64,000 nt of DNA from an uncultured bacterium (lineage in GTDB: Bacteria > Abyssobacteria > SURF-5), in NCBI GenBank assembly GCA_964607485.1, contig CAZSKP010000012.1:1-64000 (forward strand), read 5' to 3'. Positions within the stretch are counted from its first letter, which is position 1; each line of letters starts with the position of its first letter. This document shows positions 39,522-50,236 of this stretch, in pieces. The position numbers and the translations under genes were made by a program. A model generated the notes under the pieces. The model was not told the origin of the DNA and did not search any database. It saw only the letters and a list, made by a program, of their open reading frames with translations.

Positions 39522-39711
39522 GATTGTTTATGAGGCTGCTTCGTATCGCTGCCAGCAGATGAGGGGCTAAAGCGCTTGAGGAAGGCAAGACGGCGAAACT
39601 CAGGCGTTGGGTGTGGGATGCATCCAATATATGTTGCTTTCTGGAATTGTCTCGCGTCGCTTTGTTCCAAAGAAAAGGGTTATGAAGACCTTCAGCGTGA
39701 TCGTATAGATT

Positions 39712-41028
39712 TCAGACGGGGCTGCGCTTCAATGTTTCCCTGCCCGGATCGTTGGCTTCATCCTCCACCTCGGCGATTCCGAAACGAAGATACAGTCGTG
39801 AAGGGTCGAAGCTCTCCTTGAAGAGTTCTTCTCGAAGCTCCCACGCCGGAACACGATCCCTGATAATCCTTTTGTAAAAGCCCGCCGCGCCGACATCGCC
39901 GAGCAGAGTCGCGCCGATGAGTCTGTCGCCCGAGAACACCAACCTAGCTCCGCGTCCCCGCTTCAGCGTGGGGCTGGCGAGCACCTTCGCAGCCGGCACC
40001 TTATCGGCCAGATAGCTCTGACCCAGTGTGACGACCGTCAAGCCGAAAACGTGGAGCGAGTTCTGCCATACCGCACCGGCGTACGCCACGCGCCTGCCCG
40101 CCATGTTCGCGCCGGCGACGTGGCCCTGTTCCGACGCGTTCGGCCACAACGGCATCACCACGGTCTTGCCGGTGGCCGCATTCTTGGTCTCGACGACATC
40201 GCCCGCAGCGAAGATGTTCTCGACGCTGGTGCACATGTGGTCGTCAACCACGATTCCCCTGTGCATGTTCAGGCTCATTGATTTCGCAAGCGCGATGTTT
40301 GGCGCCACGCCGGGGCACATGATGGCTGCGTCGCAGGGGATGGAGCGGCCCGAGTAGGTGACCAGATGCGACACCTTCTTCTCTTTCCCGGAGGTCAGAA
40401 ACTCCCTGAAGCGTTCGCCGAGGACTATCTTGAAGCCGTTCTCCCAGCACAGCCTTGAAACCGGCCCGAGCGAGTCGGGGTCGAGCACGCGGGGCAGGAG
40501 CCGCGACTCTTTTTCCACTATCGAGACGTCGATGCCCCTGTGGTGCAGCATGCAGGCGACCTTCAGACCGACGATTCCGCTGCCCACGACCGCGGCCTTC
40601 CTGACTTTTTCCCTCCTGAGGAAGGAATCGATTCTGCGGGCGTCCGCGATGGTCCGAAGCACGAATACGCCGTTTACGTTCAGGAGACTCAGACGGGGCA
40701 AGACGGGGCGGCCGCCCGTGGCGATGAGAAGCTTATCGTAGGCGTGCCTGCCGTCCGTTGTCGCGACGACGGCGTTATCGGCGTCGATTTCCTCGACCTT
40801 CTCCCCCGCCCGAAGCTCTATCCGTTTTTGGGCGAAGAAATCGGCCGGCCGAAGAGTGAGCGAGCTTTCTTCCATTTGACCGCCCAGGACATCCGGCAGG
40901 AGGTGCCGCGCGTAGGGAGGCTCTTTCTCCGCAGAGAGAACGACGATGCCGCCGGTCGAATCGTACCGCCGGATTGTCTCCGCGGCGCTGAGGCCGGCCG
41001 GGCCGGCGCCGATGATGACATATCTCAT
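39712..41028 (-). CDS. FAD-dependent pyridine nucleotide oxidoreductase (NirB/rubredoxin reductase-like)
   Basis: GAGPAG, YDKLLIATG, GSGIVG, IFAAGD. Confidence 0.9.
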   Translation of the reverse strand: MRYVIIGAGPAGLSAAETIRRYDSTGGIVVLSAEKEPPYARHLLPDVLGGQMEESSLTLRPADFFAQKRIELRAGEKVEEIDADNAVVATTDGRHAYDKLLIATGGRPVLPRLSLLNVNGVFVLRTIADARRIDSFLRREKVRKAAVVGSGIVGLKVACMLHHRGIDVSIVEKESRLLPRVLDPDSLGPVSRLCWENGFKIVLGERFREFLTSGKEKKVSHLVTYSGRSIPCDAAIMCPGVAPNIALAKSMSLNMHRGIVVDDHMCTSVENIFAAGDVVETKNAATGKTVVMPLWPNASEQGHVAGANMAGRRVAYAGAVWQNSLHVFGLTVVTLGQSYLADKVPAAKVLASPTLKRGRGARLVFSGDRLIGATLLGDVGAAGFYKRIIRDRVPAWELREELFKESFDPSRLYLRFGIAEVEDEANDPGRETLKRSPV

Positions 41029-41068
41029 CGATAACTCCCCGCTTTACTGCTTGGAGCACACAATAGTT

Positions 41069-41166
41069 GTCATTCTGAGCGTAGCGAAGAATCTGGAAAA
41101 GTGAAGCACATTCGGGTTAAACGCGAGATCCTTCGCTTGGGCCTGCGGCCCTTCGTTCAGGATGAC
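41069..41166. repeat. GTCAT...ATGAC palindromic repeat element
   Basis: Inverted close copy of 10720-10827, including the ACACTCTT flank. Confidence 0.8.
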
Positions 41167-41367
41167 AAGAGTGTGAAGCTCGTCATGCCCCCGGCAATAT
41201 TTTGCTTCGAGCTTCCGCCACCGCACAGCGTAATTATTATATCACAACAGGAGGGATTCGTGGTGAAAAGAGGCAAAACACCCGAAGTCGCGTGGTTGTA
41301 TTCGACTGAAGCTCCCGGCGAATGGATGCCGAGCGGTCTCGCGAACAGGCCGGTCTGCGCGCTCAAG

Positions 41368-44300
41368 TCAGTCGAACTTGAGCGGTTTGGCCGAGAACGA
41401 CTCGAAGTTCACCTTGCCGAGCCCGGGGTCGTCGTCACCGTCAACTATCTGTTTCGAAATAGTCTCTTCGTTGTCGGCGCCCCAATAACAATCCGTCGTC
41501 AGGAGGGGGGAAGATTGTGATTCGTTTCCATTATAGAGCTGGCTGCCGGCATTTCCGTAGATGTTGTTCCGCTCGAAGACGAGGTATCCCACGACGAACA
41601 CTCCGCCGTTGCCCCGCTCGGGTGTCGCAAGATTCGAGGTAACGGTATTGTTGGTGAAGACTTCGTTCTCGACCGACATGCCCCAGAAGTTGATATACAC
41701 GCCGCCTCCGAATTCGGACAGCGCCTTGTTCGAAGCCACGTAGTTGCGCGTGATGCTGCTGTTGCGCTCGGCATAGATTCCCCCGCCCCGTGCGGCGCTG
41801 TTGTCGCGCACCTCGTTTGCGGTCACAAGTCCGAAGGTGGCATATATGCCCCCGCCCTCTCCGTCGGCCCGGTTGGATTCGACCTTGTTGCCCACGGCCG
41901 ACGACCTGGAAAGGTAAATGCCTCCGCCGTTGCCGGTGGCCTCGTTGGAGAAAATGTCGTTGTCCTCGACGTGTATCGTGGAAGCGTTCATATAGCCGTA
42001 TGCGAAAACGCCGCCCCCCTCGCCGTCGGCGTGGTTGTGATGAATCCTGTTGGACATGACGCGTATGACGTCATTGGTGTAGGCGTAGATGCCGCCGCCG
42101 TTGGTCGGGGCGGCGTTGTGGTGAATGTCGTTGCCCTGTATGACGGCGCCGCCCTGCCGGACGGTTATCCCGCTGCCGTCGTTATACGCTATCGAACAGT
42201 CCTTTATGAGCGGCGACGAAGACTCGACAAGGATACCCTTTCCGTATTCCAGCAGGCATCGCTCGAGCACGTTCCCGTCTCGGTAATTTCCAGCATCGTC
42301 CAGCGAGGCGTCTTCGCTCGCATCGGCGAATATAATTCTCCCCCATTTCGCGTTCGATTCGCGCGTGAAGAGTATCGGCTCCGAAGGGGCGCCCCTTGCC
42401 ACGAGCTTGCCCCGAACCATGAGGTTCTTATCGGGCGCAAGTCGCACCTGCACACCCGGCTCCATCTGGAGCACGCCCTTGGGCATCACGAGCGTGTTGC
42501 CTGTGACTTGATAGGGACTGAAGCGTTTTTCGAGCTTGACCGACGACGATATAGGCCCCTGAAGGGCCGAGGGGTTGCCGACGATGGTGGTGAAGCAGGT
42601 GGGCTTGCTCCAGCCGGACCAACTGCCGGTGGCGGTGCGATGGGCGACTCGCCAGAAATATTTCTGCCCCTCCTGCAGGCTCTCGCGCGAGATTCTGAGC
42701 GTCGAGAGTTCATCCCCCGATGTGACGGCGTCGATTGTGAGAGTCGTGAAGTCTTCCGGGAAGGCGGAAACCTGCCATCGAGATTCGACGACGTCGTGGG
42801 ACGCGCGCGGCTTGCTTGCCTCCAAGGTCGTCTGTCGCGATACACTCATCTCGGCATCGGGAGGCGAAATGTTTCTCGGGGCGGCGATGGATTCGTCGGA
42901 GCCCGTGAACTTGACGCGAACTTCCTCGGACAGCCCGGTCTCTTTGTCCTCGCCGTCAATGTATCCATACCCGGATACGGCAAACCAGTACTCGGTCCCC
43001 GGTTCGAGTCCTTCAATCGTGAAGGTCTTCTCCGGGCCGGCCTGGACCACACGGTCATACGGGTAGCCGCTTGAGGACCCGAAATAAATCCTGTGCCCCT
43101 CGAAGCCGATGTCCTGAGGGTCGTCCCACGAGAGCCGCACGCCTCCCTTTCGGGCGACGGCCACGAGGTTCATGGGTGGCGGCGGCGGCGCATCGGGCGA
43201 CAAGCGCTCCAGGTAGGGAGTGCAAACGGCAAGGCCGGCGGCCTCGTCGTCGAACCAGTCGAAGATGAGACGCAGTATCTCTTTTTCCGAACGGGCGCCC
43301 CAAAAATTGTCGTCGGCCGGGACGTCGGGCGCGCCGGTCAGGTTTGCGACGTGCAGCGCATATCCGGAATTGTTGAAGATGTTGTTCCCATGGACCGAAG
43401 GATTTCCCGACACATAGATGCCGCCGCATGCGTCCTCGCCGGCGGCCGTGTTCGCTACAACGCAGTTGCGACCGATTTCGCCCGAGCCAAAGTAATAGAC
43501 CGCGCCTCCTTCGGCCTTTTGGGCCACGTTGCGGATTATGCTGTTCGATGCGATTTCGCTGTTCTCCGCGAAAATGCCCGCGCCCTGCTGTGCGAGATTC
43601 GATTGCACCAGGTTGTCGAGAATTCTCGACTCGACGGCGTAGATGCCGCCGCCCCGCTTGGCCGCCGTGTTGCCGACGAGCGTGTTTTGAGCGACAACGC
43701 ACTTGTAGGCGTACATTCCGCCGCCGAACTGGGAGCTGGTGTTTCCGAACAGGATGTTGTTTTTGATTACCGTCTGGCTGCCGTCGGAGGCATAGGCATA
43801 CACTCCGCCGCCGCCGTCGCGCCCGCCTTCGGACGTGTTGTTATAGATGAGATTGTCGGCGATGAGCACGTTTTTGTCGCTGTACGAGATGATTCCTCCG
43901 CCGTTGCCCGAAGCGGAGTCATATGCCGTCGAGTTGCCGTAGATGCGGTTTCGCACGATTCGCGGCGAACCGAATTCGACTCGGATGCCGCTCGAGAAAT
44001 TGTTTCGCACCTCGCAATCTGCGATCAGCGGAGCGCCGAATCGCACGAAAATCCCGCGGCCCTTCTCGATGATGCAGTTCTTGAGGATACACCCTTTGAT
44101 GTACCGGCCGTCTTCGGAGAAAATTGCGTCGTCGCTGAAGTCGGTGAAGTGGAGCGTTCCCCACGGCTCTTCCGAGTGGGCGGTGAATACGACCGGCGCC
44201 TCTTCGGTTCCGACCGCCGTCAATTTTCCCCTGACCTCGAGCATCTTCTCGGGCGCGAGCTCAACCCTCGCGCCGGGCTCGATCTTGAGCGTCACGCCTT

Positions 44301-44475
44301 CCTGGAGAACAACGTTTTCCGTGATCACATACGGGCCCTTCGCGGCGGTCCAAACGGAATTCTTCGAGATGTCCTTTGTGATCGTTGTATCCGCCTGCGA
44401 ATGCGGAGGGATTGCGGCGACGATTGCCGCCGACAGGATCAAAAACATCAACTGCTTGACGCCTGATGTGCTCAT
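41368..44475 (-). CDS. Exported protein with two right-handed beta-helix modules separated by FN3-like domains
   Basis: Signal peptide; duplicated PY...IEPG..V...G.L.A.G..P..FT modules; GGGIYA repeats; LEPGTEYWFAVS. Confidence 0.8.
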   Translation of the reverse strand: MSTSGVKQLMFLILSAAIVAAIPPHSQADTTITKDISKNSVWTAAKGPYVITENVVLQEGVTLKIEPGARVELAPEKMLEVRGKLTAVGTEEAPVVFTAHSEEPWGTLHFTDFSDDAIFSEDGRYIKGCILKNCIIEKGRGIFVRFGAPLIADCEVRNNFSSGIRVEFGSPRIVRNRIYGNSTAYDSASGNGGGIISYSDKNVLIADNLIYNNTSEGGRDGGGGVYAYASDGSQTVIKNNILFGNTSSQFGGGMYAYKCVVAQNTLVGNTAAKRGGGIYAVESRILDNLVQSNLAQQGAGIFAENSEIASNSIIRNVAQKAEGGAVYYFGSGEIGRNCVVANTAAGEDACGGIYVSGNPSVHGNNIFNNSGYALHVANLTGAPDVPADDNFWGARSEKEILRLIFDWFDDEAAGLAVCTPYLERLSPDAPPPPPMNLVAVARKGGVRLSWDDPQDIGFEGHRIYFGSSSGYPYDRVVQAGPEKTFTIEGLEPGTEYWFAVSGYGYIDGEDKETGLSEEVRVKFTGSDESIAAPRNISPPDAEMSVSRQTTLEASKPRASHDVVESRWQVSAFPEDFTTLTIDAVTSGDELSTLRISRESLQEGQKYFWRVAHRTATGSWSGWSKPTCFTTIVGNPSALQGPISSSVKLEKRFSPYQVTGNTLVMPKGVLQMEPGVQVRLAPDKNLMVRGKLVARGAPSEPILFTRESNAKWGRIIFADASEDASLDDAGNYRDGNVLERCLLEYGKGILVESSSPLIKDCSIAYNDGSGITVRQGGAVIQGNDIHHNAAPTNGGGIYAYTNDVIRVMSNRIHHNHADGEGGGVFAYGYMNASTIHVEDNDIFSNEATGNGGGIYLSRSSAVGNKVESNRADGEGGGIYATFGLVTANEVRDNSAARGGGIYAERNSSITRNYVASNKALSEFGGGVYINFWGMSVENEVFTNNTVTSNLATPERGNGGVFVVGYLVFERNNIYGNAGSQLYNGNESQSSPLLTTDCYWGADNEETISKQIVDGDDDPGLGKVNFESFSAKPLKFD

Positions 44476-44535
44476 CTCACGCCCCCAAAATCATGCCTCA
44501 TCCATTTCCCTGTTCTTGAGAAACACTTTGCCGCG

Positions 44536-46740
44536 TCAGTAGTCCATCTGAGTCCAGTCGATCTTCTCTTCGGTTTCTTCCTCGGGTTTGGGCTCAGGAA
44601 CCTTTTCCATGACCATCATGTATTTCGCCACGTAGTCGATCCACATCTCGGCATCCGACACCCTGGGGACGCCCTCGGGAGTGTAGAACACGTAGGGCAT
44701 CTTCGTGCCGGTGCCCGCATACTTGTCGGGGTTTCGCATGAAATTCTTCATCCACTCGAACCTCAGCCTGGATTTTGCGAGCATGAGGTTTATGGACAGG
44801 TCTTCGAGCTTCACGCCCTCGGGCAGCCCCGCGTCGAGCGAGACGGGATGGCATTGCATGCACTTGTCGCCGATGAAGCGATATTCGCCCATGTCGATTT
44901 CGATCTGGTGAATCTCCTCCTTTTGAGGGAGAAGGAGATAGGGCACGCGCGCGTTTGCGGGCGACGCGGCCTTCACGGAGAAGTAGTCTATCAGCCCTTG
45001 CGCCTGCTCGTATGCGAAAGAGAAGGTTGGCATCCGTATCTTGAGCCATGGCCTCATCGGAACAGGTTTGCTGAGATACTGGAAGGCCCACTGGGGCTGC
45101 ACCTTCTCCCCCTCTCCCACCAGCCGGGGAGGAACGTATGTTTTCAGCGCAATGAACTCATCTATGCGCGGCTTGACGTTTTCATCGAACATGTGGCAGC
45201 CGCGGCAGTTGCTTTCCGTTACGGTCCACTCTCCGTCCCGCCCCCTGCGCTGGTCCTGGGTGGCGGCGAGCATGTACTTTTCGGGCAGCTTGAGCCGGTC
45301 ATTGTATAGGTAGAAGGTGGTGAGAGCTTCCACTTCGCCTTCGTCGAATTTATACTCGGCCATCTTCAGCGGCATGTCTTTGGTTTCATAAATTTTCGGG
45401 GTCTTGATCTTGTTGTATATCCAATCCCACTTCGTGTGTTCGACCGTCGAATCGCCAAACGGCAACTCATCCAGCGCCTTCTTGGCGACCTCCGCCACCT
45501 CCACACCCGGAGCGGGCGCCTTTGCGAGGCTCTTGACGCTATGGCAACCGTAGCATCCCTGCAACTGGACCAGTTTCTCGCCGTTCTGCACCGAGGCTCC
45601 TTCGGTGGTCAGCTTCTCGGAGTCCACCATCTCCTTGTTGCCCTTGAGCGTCATCAGATATGCGGTGAGGTTCAGTCGGTCGGACTCTGTGATGTCGAGC
45701 TTCGGCATCCGCGTGTCGGGATTGTATGCCTTGGGGTCCTTGAGGTATTCGAACACCCAATCGGGCCTCAGTTTCGTGCCCGCGTCGGCAAGGTTCGGCA
45801 CGCGGCGCGTGAGCGAATCCTCGTCCGCCTTCGAAGAATGGCACGCCCTGCAGCCGAGGTCGGTAAAGAGCTTTTCGCCTTCCTGGGCCGATGCCTGGGT
45901 GAGATCGACCTTCGGGTATTCCTTGTCCGACTTCAAGGACAGCACGAAGGCCGTCAGGTCGCGGATTTCCGCGTCGGTCAGTTTGAACGTGGGCATGATG
46001 GTCTTCGGGCGCATCTTTTCCGGAGTCCGAAGCCAGCTCAGCATCCATTTCTCGTTCGACAGCTTATCGACGAATCCGTCGAACGGCGGCGCAAACTTCG
46101 GAAGGTTTTCAAATCCTCGCGCGCCGTGGCAGGCGTAGCAGCCGTATTTTTCGAAAGCCACCCTGCCGCCCTCAATCCTCTCCGCGCCGTCGAGGCCGTA
46201 CGAGGTCTCGTGACATTCGATGCAGGTGGCCTGAAGGTACTCGGCGGGAATGAGCGGGTCGAACCACGTTTCCTCCAGCCCGTGCGCGGCGCGAGTCGAA
46301 GCGCCCACCCCCTGCCCCTTATGGCACACGGTGCAGCCGAATCTCTCGGCCGGGTGCTGTTCCAGTATGCGGCCGGGATGAGTCCTGAAGGGCTCCGGCG
46401 CATCGGAGAAAAGCGGGTTCGCGATTCCCAGGTGACAGGTTGTGCAGAGGTCCCTAACGTTCGCGTCGGGCAAGAATATCTGGCGCAGGTGGGGCCTGGT
46501 GGCGTTCACCTCGCGGAGCTGCTTTTTCCACTTCTCCTTGCTTGCCGGATTATTATTCTCTTCCGGGTCGTGGAGCTTTGCGAGTATCTTCTCCTTGTAC
46601 AATTCATTGAATTCCCGCTGGTACTTGACCCATTCCTTCTCCGCCTCCCTCTGAAACGCACGATAGCTCAGCGCCGCAAACACTACCATCGCCGCGGAGA
46701 ATAACACGCGCTGGCTGGTTTTCGCTCTGATCAGACCCAT
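44536..46740 (-). CDS. Membrane-anchored multiheme cytochrome c (8 CxxCH)
   Basis: CTTCH, CTVCH, CIECH, CYACH, CRACH, CYGCH, CRGCH, CMQCH; N-terminal TM helix. Confidence 0.92.
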   Translation of the reverse strand: MGLIRAKTSQRVLFSAAMVVFAALSYRAFQREAEKEWVKYQREFNELYKEKILAKLHDPEENNNPASKEKWKKQLREVNATRPHLRQIFLPDANVRDLCTTCHLGIANPLFSDAPEPFRTHPGRILEQHPAERFGCTVCHKGQGVGASTRAAHGLEETWFDPLIPAEYLQATCIECHETSYGLDGAERIEGGRVAFEKYGCYACHGARGFENLPKFAPPFDGFVDKLSNEKWMLSWLRTPEKMRPKTIMPTFKLTDAEIRDLTAFVLSLKSDKEYPKVDLTQASAQEGEKLFTDLGCRACHSSKADEDSLTRRVPNLADAGTKLRPDWVFEYLKDPKAYNPDTRMPKLDITESDRLNLTAYLMTLKGNKEMVDSEKLTTEGASVQNGEKLVQLQGCYGCHSVKSLAKAPAPGVEVAEVAKKALDELPFGDSTVEHTKWDWIYNKIKTPKIYETKDMPLKMAEYKFDEGEVEALTTFYLYNDRLKLPEKYMLAATQDQRRGRDGEWTVTESNCRGCHMFDENVKPRIDEFIALKTYVPPRLVGEGEKVQPQWAFQYLSKPVPMRPWLKIRMPTFSFAYEQAQGLIDYFSVKAASPANARVPYLLLPQKEEIHQIEIDMGEYRFIGDKCMQCHPVSLDAGLPEGVKLEDLSINLMLAKSRLRFEWMKNFMRNPDKYAGTGTKMPYVFYTPEGVPRVSDAEMWIDYVAKYMMVMEKVPEPKPEEETEEKIDWTQMDY

Positions 46741-46762
46741 CTGTATCTCTGGCGCAATGCGC

Positions 46763-47512
46763 CTAAATGTTAAACCATGGTGTCGTCAATATGTACCGGA
46801 CATTGAACACAAGCCGCAGGATAATCTTCACGACCACACCGTACATCAACAGCACAAGCGTAAAGGCGGTGATGTACCTGACAGCGCCCATCTTCCTGAA
46901 GAGTCCCTTAGACAGGAGTGCCGGGAGCGTCAGCCCCGCTGCAAAGTACAGAACCAGAAAGCCGATGCCGAGCCAGCGGGGCAGATTGACGAGCGTTTCC
47001 TCAGCGCTCTTGGCAACGGACCAGTCTTCCCACAGCCAATAGAACTGCCAGTTGGGTCCGCGCAGAAACTGGCCGACCAGAATCAGCACTATCCACATCG
47101 CAAAGCCGAAGACAAAGACCGAGACGGCCGCCTTGCGCTTGCGGAAACTGTATTCGCCCACCCCGGCCGTGCTCGTGTCGAGGTATGGGATGAGCATGAG
47201 CCCGAATATTATCAGCAGAGGAATCACCACGCCGGCAATCCACGGGTCGAAGTACACGAGCAGCTCCTGGAGCCCGACGAAATACCACGGCGCCTTTGCC
47301 GGGTTCTCCGTCTTGTTGGGGTCGGCAATGCTCAACAGCGGCGCGTTGGCCGCCATCGACCACGCGAGCAACACGACGGAGGCGATGACGACGGCAATCA
47401 GCTCCTTGATGACGAGATGGGGCAGAACGAACTCGTAATCGTTGTCGAGTCTTTTTTCGGGAGCGTGCATCGCGGACCCCTTTGCGTCAGAGCGGATGAG
47501 AGATTCCGCCAT
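46763..47512 (-). CDS. Cytochrome b subunit IV (PetD/QcrC-like) of a Rieske/cytochrome b complex
   Basis: [28 protein letters not shown]; start may be 47470. Confidence 0.88.
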   Translation of the reverse strand: MAESLIRSDAKGSAMHAPEKRLDNDYEFVLPHLVIKELIAVVIASVVLLAWSMAANAPLLSIADPNKTENPAKAPWYFVGLQELLVYFDPWIAGVVIPLLIIFGLMLIPYLDTSTAGVGEYSFRKRKAAVSVFVFGFAMWIVLILVGQFLRGPNWQFYWLWEDWSVAKSAEETLVNLPRWLGIGFLVLYFAAGLTLPALLSKGLFRKMGAVRYITAFTLVLLMYGVVVKIILRLVFNVRYILTTPWFNI

Positions 47513-48248
47513 CTTTTCTCACCCGCCAGAAATGAACGAATATGAGGACGGTCGCGACCAGCGGCAGCAGTATGCAATGAAGCACATAGAACCGGAGCAG
47601 TGCGTTCTCTCCGACGACGGTATCTCCCAAGAGCAGGTAGCGGACATCGTTGTTGGCCCTGATTCCGAGCAGCGAGTGGAACGGTCCCTCGGCGCCAACG
47701 AAGGGAGCGGCTCCCCCCATCTTGGTGCCGACGGTAATCGCCCAGAAGGAAAGCTGGTCCCACGGCAGCAGGTATCCCGTAAAGCTGAGCAGAAGCGTCA
47801 GCACCAGGAGGCACACGCCCACCACCCAGTTGAATTCCCTGGGCGGCTTGTAGGAAGCCGTGAGGAAGACGCGGAGCATGTGCATCATCACCAGTATGAC
47901 CATCGCGTGCGCAGCCCACCTGTGCAGGTTCCTCATTATCGTCCCGAACTTGACCGCGTGCTCGAGCAGGCGCATGTCGAGGTACGCATATTCGACCGTG
48001 GGACGATAGTAGAACATCAGCAGCACGCCCGTTATGGTCTCCACGATAAACATGAAGAAGGTGAGTCCGCCGAGACAGAACGTGTGGCTGATCTTCAGAC
48101 CTTCCCTGTGAACCTTGGGCGGATGCAGATGGAGGAAAAAATTAGAAACGACCGTGAGCACCCGGTTGCGGGGGGTGTCGCTAAATTTGTGGCGGACTAT
48201 GGAACGCCATAGCTGACTCTCAGTGATCTTTTTCGAGATCTTGCTCAT
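47487..48248 (-). CDS. Cytochrome b6-type (PetB/QcrB-like) subunit
   Basis: FCLGG, RNLHRW...[28 protein letters not shown]...VHF. Confidence 0.95.
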   Translation of the reverse strand: MSKISKKITESQLWRSIVRHKFSDTPRNRVLTVVSNFFLHLHPPKVHREGLKISHTFCLGGLTFFMFIVETITGVLLMFYYRPTVEYAYLDMRLLEHAVKFGTIMRNLHRWAAHAMVILVMMHMLRVFLTASYKPPREFNWVVGVCLLVLTLLLSFTGYLLPWDQLSFWAITVGTKMGGAAPFVGAEGPFHSLLGIRANNDVRYLLLGDTVVGENALLRFYVLHCILLPLVATVLIFVHFWRVRKDGGISHPL

Positions 48249-48342
48249 TTCTGCCAGTGTTTGGGGTCATCATACCTGTCAAGGTGTTTCCTCGACTCCC
48301 GGCCGGTTGCTCAGGGAAGAGACGCGTGCTCCCGACCCCGGC

Positions 48343-49053
48343 CTATTTCCTGTCGGGATAAAGCGACCTGAGATATTTCAAGTCTGCTGCGCAAAAATTC
48401 GCCGAAAGTTCGATGAGGGCCCAGTAGAAAGACACAGCCGGCTCGCAGAGCTTGGGGATTTTCGCATGGAACACTTTCTCGGTTCTCTGAAAAAGCTGCG
48501 GCAGCCACTTCGTCGGGTGGCGGTCCAGGAAATCGATTTCCGCAAAACAATAAGGGGAAGGGTCCTCGTCGCGCTGGAGCGCGAGCACCTCTTTGAACGC
48601 CAGGTAGTGCATGAACTCGAGCTCCGTGGTGATATGGTCGGGCACTTCCCGTTCGCGCGCCTCGGCCACGCTGAGGCCGAAGTGGTTGTAGAAACGCACG
48701 AGGTCTTCCATGTTTGTCATTCTGTCGGCGACATATTGCCCCTCGTACAGCGGGCACGGCGGACCTCCGGGACCGGCATCGAAGACGCGGACAAACTCGG
48801 CCTCGAAGTCGTCCTGCGATACGTGCTTGAGCAATTGGCCCGAGAGCCCTCCTTCCTCAGCCGCGACTTCAAACGGAACATCATGCAAGACAGCCAGAGC
48901 CGATTCCAGATAGTCGCCGTGCTTTGCCATCTTGAAGAAATCCTTGTCGGGATACCGAAAAGATTCCGCCAGGAACCGGTACATCTGGCTCCGTCGGGCC
49001 CGCGCCATTTGGTCGGGGTCTTCTATGTTGTCGATCTCGGCGAACGTCTCCAT
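48343..49053 (-). CDS. TorD/DmsD-family molybdoenzyme maturation chaperone (EbdD-like)
   Basis: FRYP, CPLYEG, PDHITTELEFMHYL. Confidence 0.9.
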   Translation of the reverse strand: METFAEIDNIEDPDQMARARRSQMYRFLAESFRYPDKDFFKMAKHGDYLESALAVLHDVPFEVAAEEGGLSGQLLKHVSQDDFEAEFVRVFDAGPGGPPCPLYEGQYVADRMTNMEDLVRFYNHFGLSVAEAREREVPDHITTELEFMHYLAFKEVLALQRDEDPSPYCFAEIDFLDRHPTKWLPQLFQRTEKVFHAKIPKLCEPAVSFYWALIELSANFCAADLKYLRSLYPDRK

Positions 49054-49078
49054 CGCTCCCCTCCTTGACTGCGCATAT

Positions 49079-50236
49079 TCACACCGCAGTGATCGGGTCC
49101 TTATCGAACGGTCCGAACATCTTGTGCCATCGTTTCGCTATGAGTATCTCCATCAACTCCGACTTCTCTCCGTCGCGTGTGCGCTCCATTTCGCGCTGGA
49201 GCAGGTTCAGCGACTGCTCGACCTCCGGGCCGAACAGATGCACCATGTACTTCAGCGGAATGCGGGGCTTGGATGGGTCGAGCTTGCCCGAGTCATCCAG
49301 CCGTGGAGGCGCGAGCGGCGGAACGTAGAACACGTTGGGCTCGGTTCCGAACTGCGGGAACAGCGGCAGCGCGACTTTCCACTTCTTCACCAGTTGATAG
49401 ACCGGTCCCTGCTCGTTGTCGAGGTAATCCACGAACCGGACGCGTCCGGTGCACTGACGTGCGCAGGCGTTGGCCACCCCTTTCTCTATCCTAGGATAAC
49501 AGAAGATGCACTTCATGCTAGTCAGCGTCTCGAAGTTGAAGTATATCTTCTTGTACGGGCACGACTCCAGACAGAACCTGTAGCCCTTGCAGCGGTCCTG
49601 GTCTATCAAGACGACGCCGTCCTCTTCCCGCTTGTAGATGGCGTGCCTCGGACACGCGTCGATACAAGGAGGGTAGGTGCAGTGGTTGCAGATTCTGGGG
49701 AGATAGAAGAAGAAACTGTTGGGATAGTTGAAGGCGGCGGACCAATCATACGGCCCCTGGTCTTCATCCCAGTTCATGGCCCAGTCGGGTTCGGTGCCGT
49801 CGGGGTTCTTCGCCGTCAGCTTGACGGTGCCCCACTTGCTGGTCACCAATTCGTCATGATTGAACTTCCAGAGGTCGCCGAATTCCTTCCGGGTGGGCAA
49901 TTTGCCCAGAATCGGCTCGCGGACGCTCTTCTTCTCAAACTCGTCCTTGAACTCTTTGACCTTGTATCCTCCGCCGAGGTCTTCGACGTTCTTCGGAGTT
50001 CCCTTGCCGGGCATGGTGTTGACCGTGTTCCACCACATGTATTCCCGGCCCTCTTTCTTGGTCCATGTGTTCTTGCATGCCATGCTGCAGAGCTGGCATC
50101 CGACGCATTTGTTCAGGTCCATCACCATCGCAAGCTGGTGGTTGGTTCTGCGCAGCTCGTCTTTTATGGCGAGAAATTCCTTTGCGAGTTCTTCCTCTCT
50201 CTTCTTGTCTTCGGGGGTTGGTTCTATTACCGCCAT
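49079..50236 (-). CDS. Type II DMSO-reductase-family Fe-S beta subunit (EbdB/NarH-like)
   Basis: DLNKCVGCQLCSMAC, CNHCTYPPCIDACP, CKGYRFCLESCP, KCIFCYPR. Confidence 0.93.
   Translation of the reverse strand: MAVIEPTPEDKKREEELAKEFLAIKDELRRTNHQLAMVMDLNKCVGCQLCSMACKNTWTKKEGREYMWWNTVNTMPGKGTPKNVEDLGGGYKVKEFKDEFEKKSVREPILGKLPTRKEFGDLWKFNHDELVTSKWGTVKLTAKNPDGTEPDWAMNWDEDQGPYDWSAAFNYPNSFFFYLPRICNHCTYPPCIDACPRHAIYKREEDGVVLIDQDRCKGYRFCLESCPYKKIYFNFETLTSMKCIFCYPRIEKGVANACARQCTGRVRFVDYLDNEQGPVYQLVKKWKVALPLFPQFGTEPNVFYVPPLAPPRLDDSGKLDPSKPRIPLKYMVHLFGPEVEQSLNLLQREMERTRDGEKSELMEILIAKRWHKMFGPFDKDPITAV

Noticed and set aside
44536-46740. HAO-like octaheme enzyme
   Set aside because: Heme spacing shows repeated monoheme modules, not the HAO pattern
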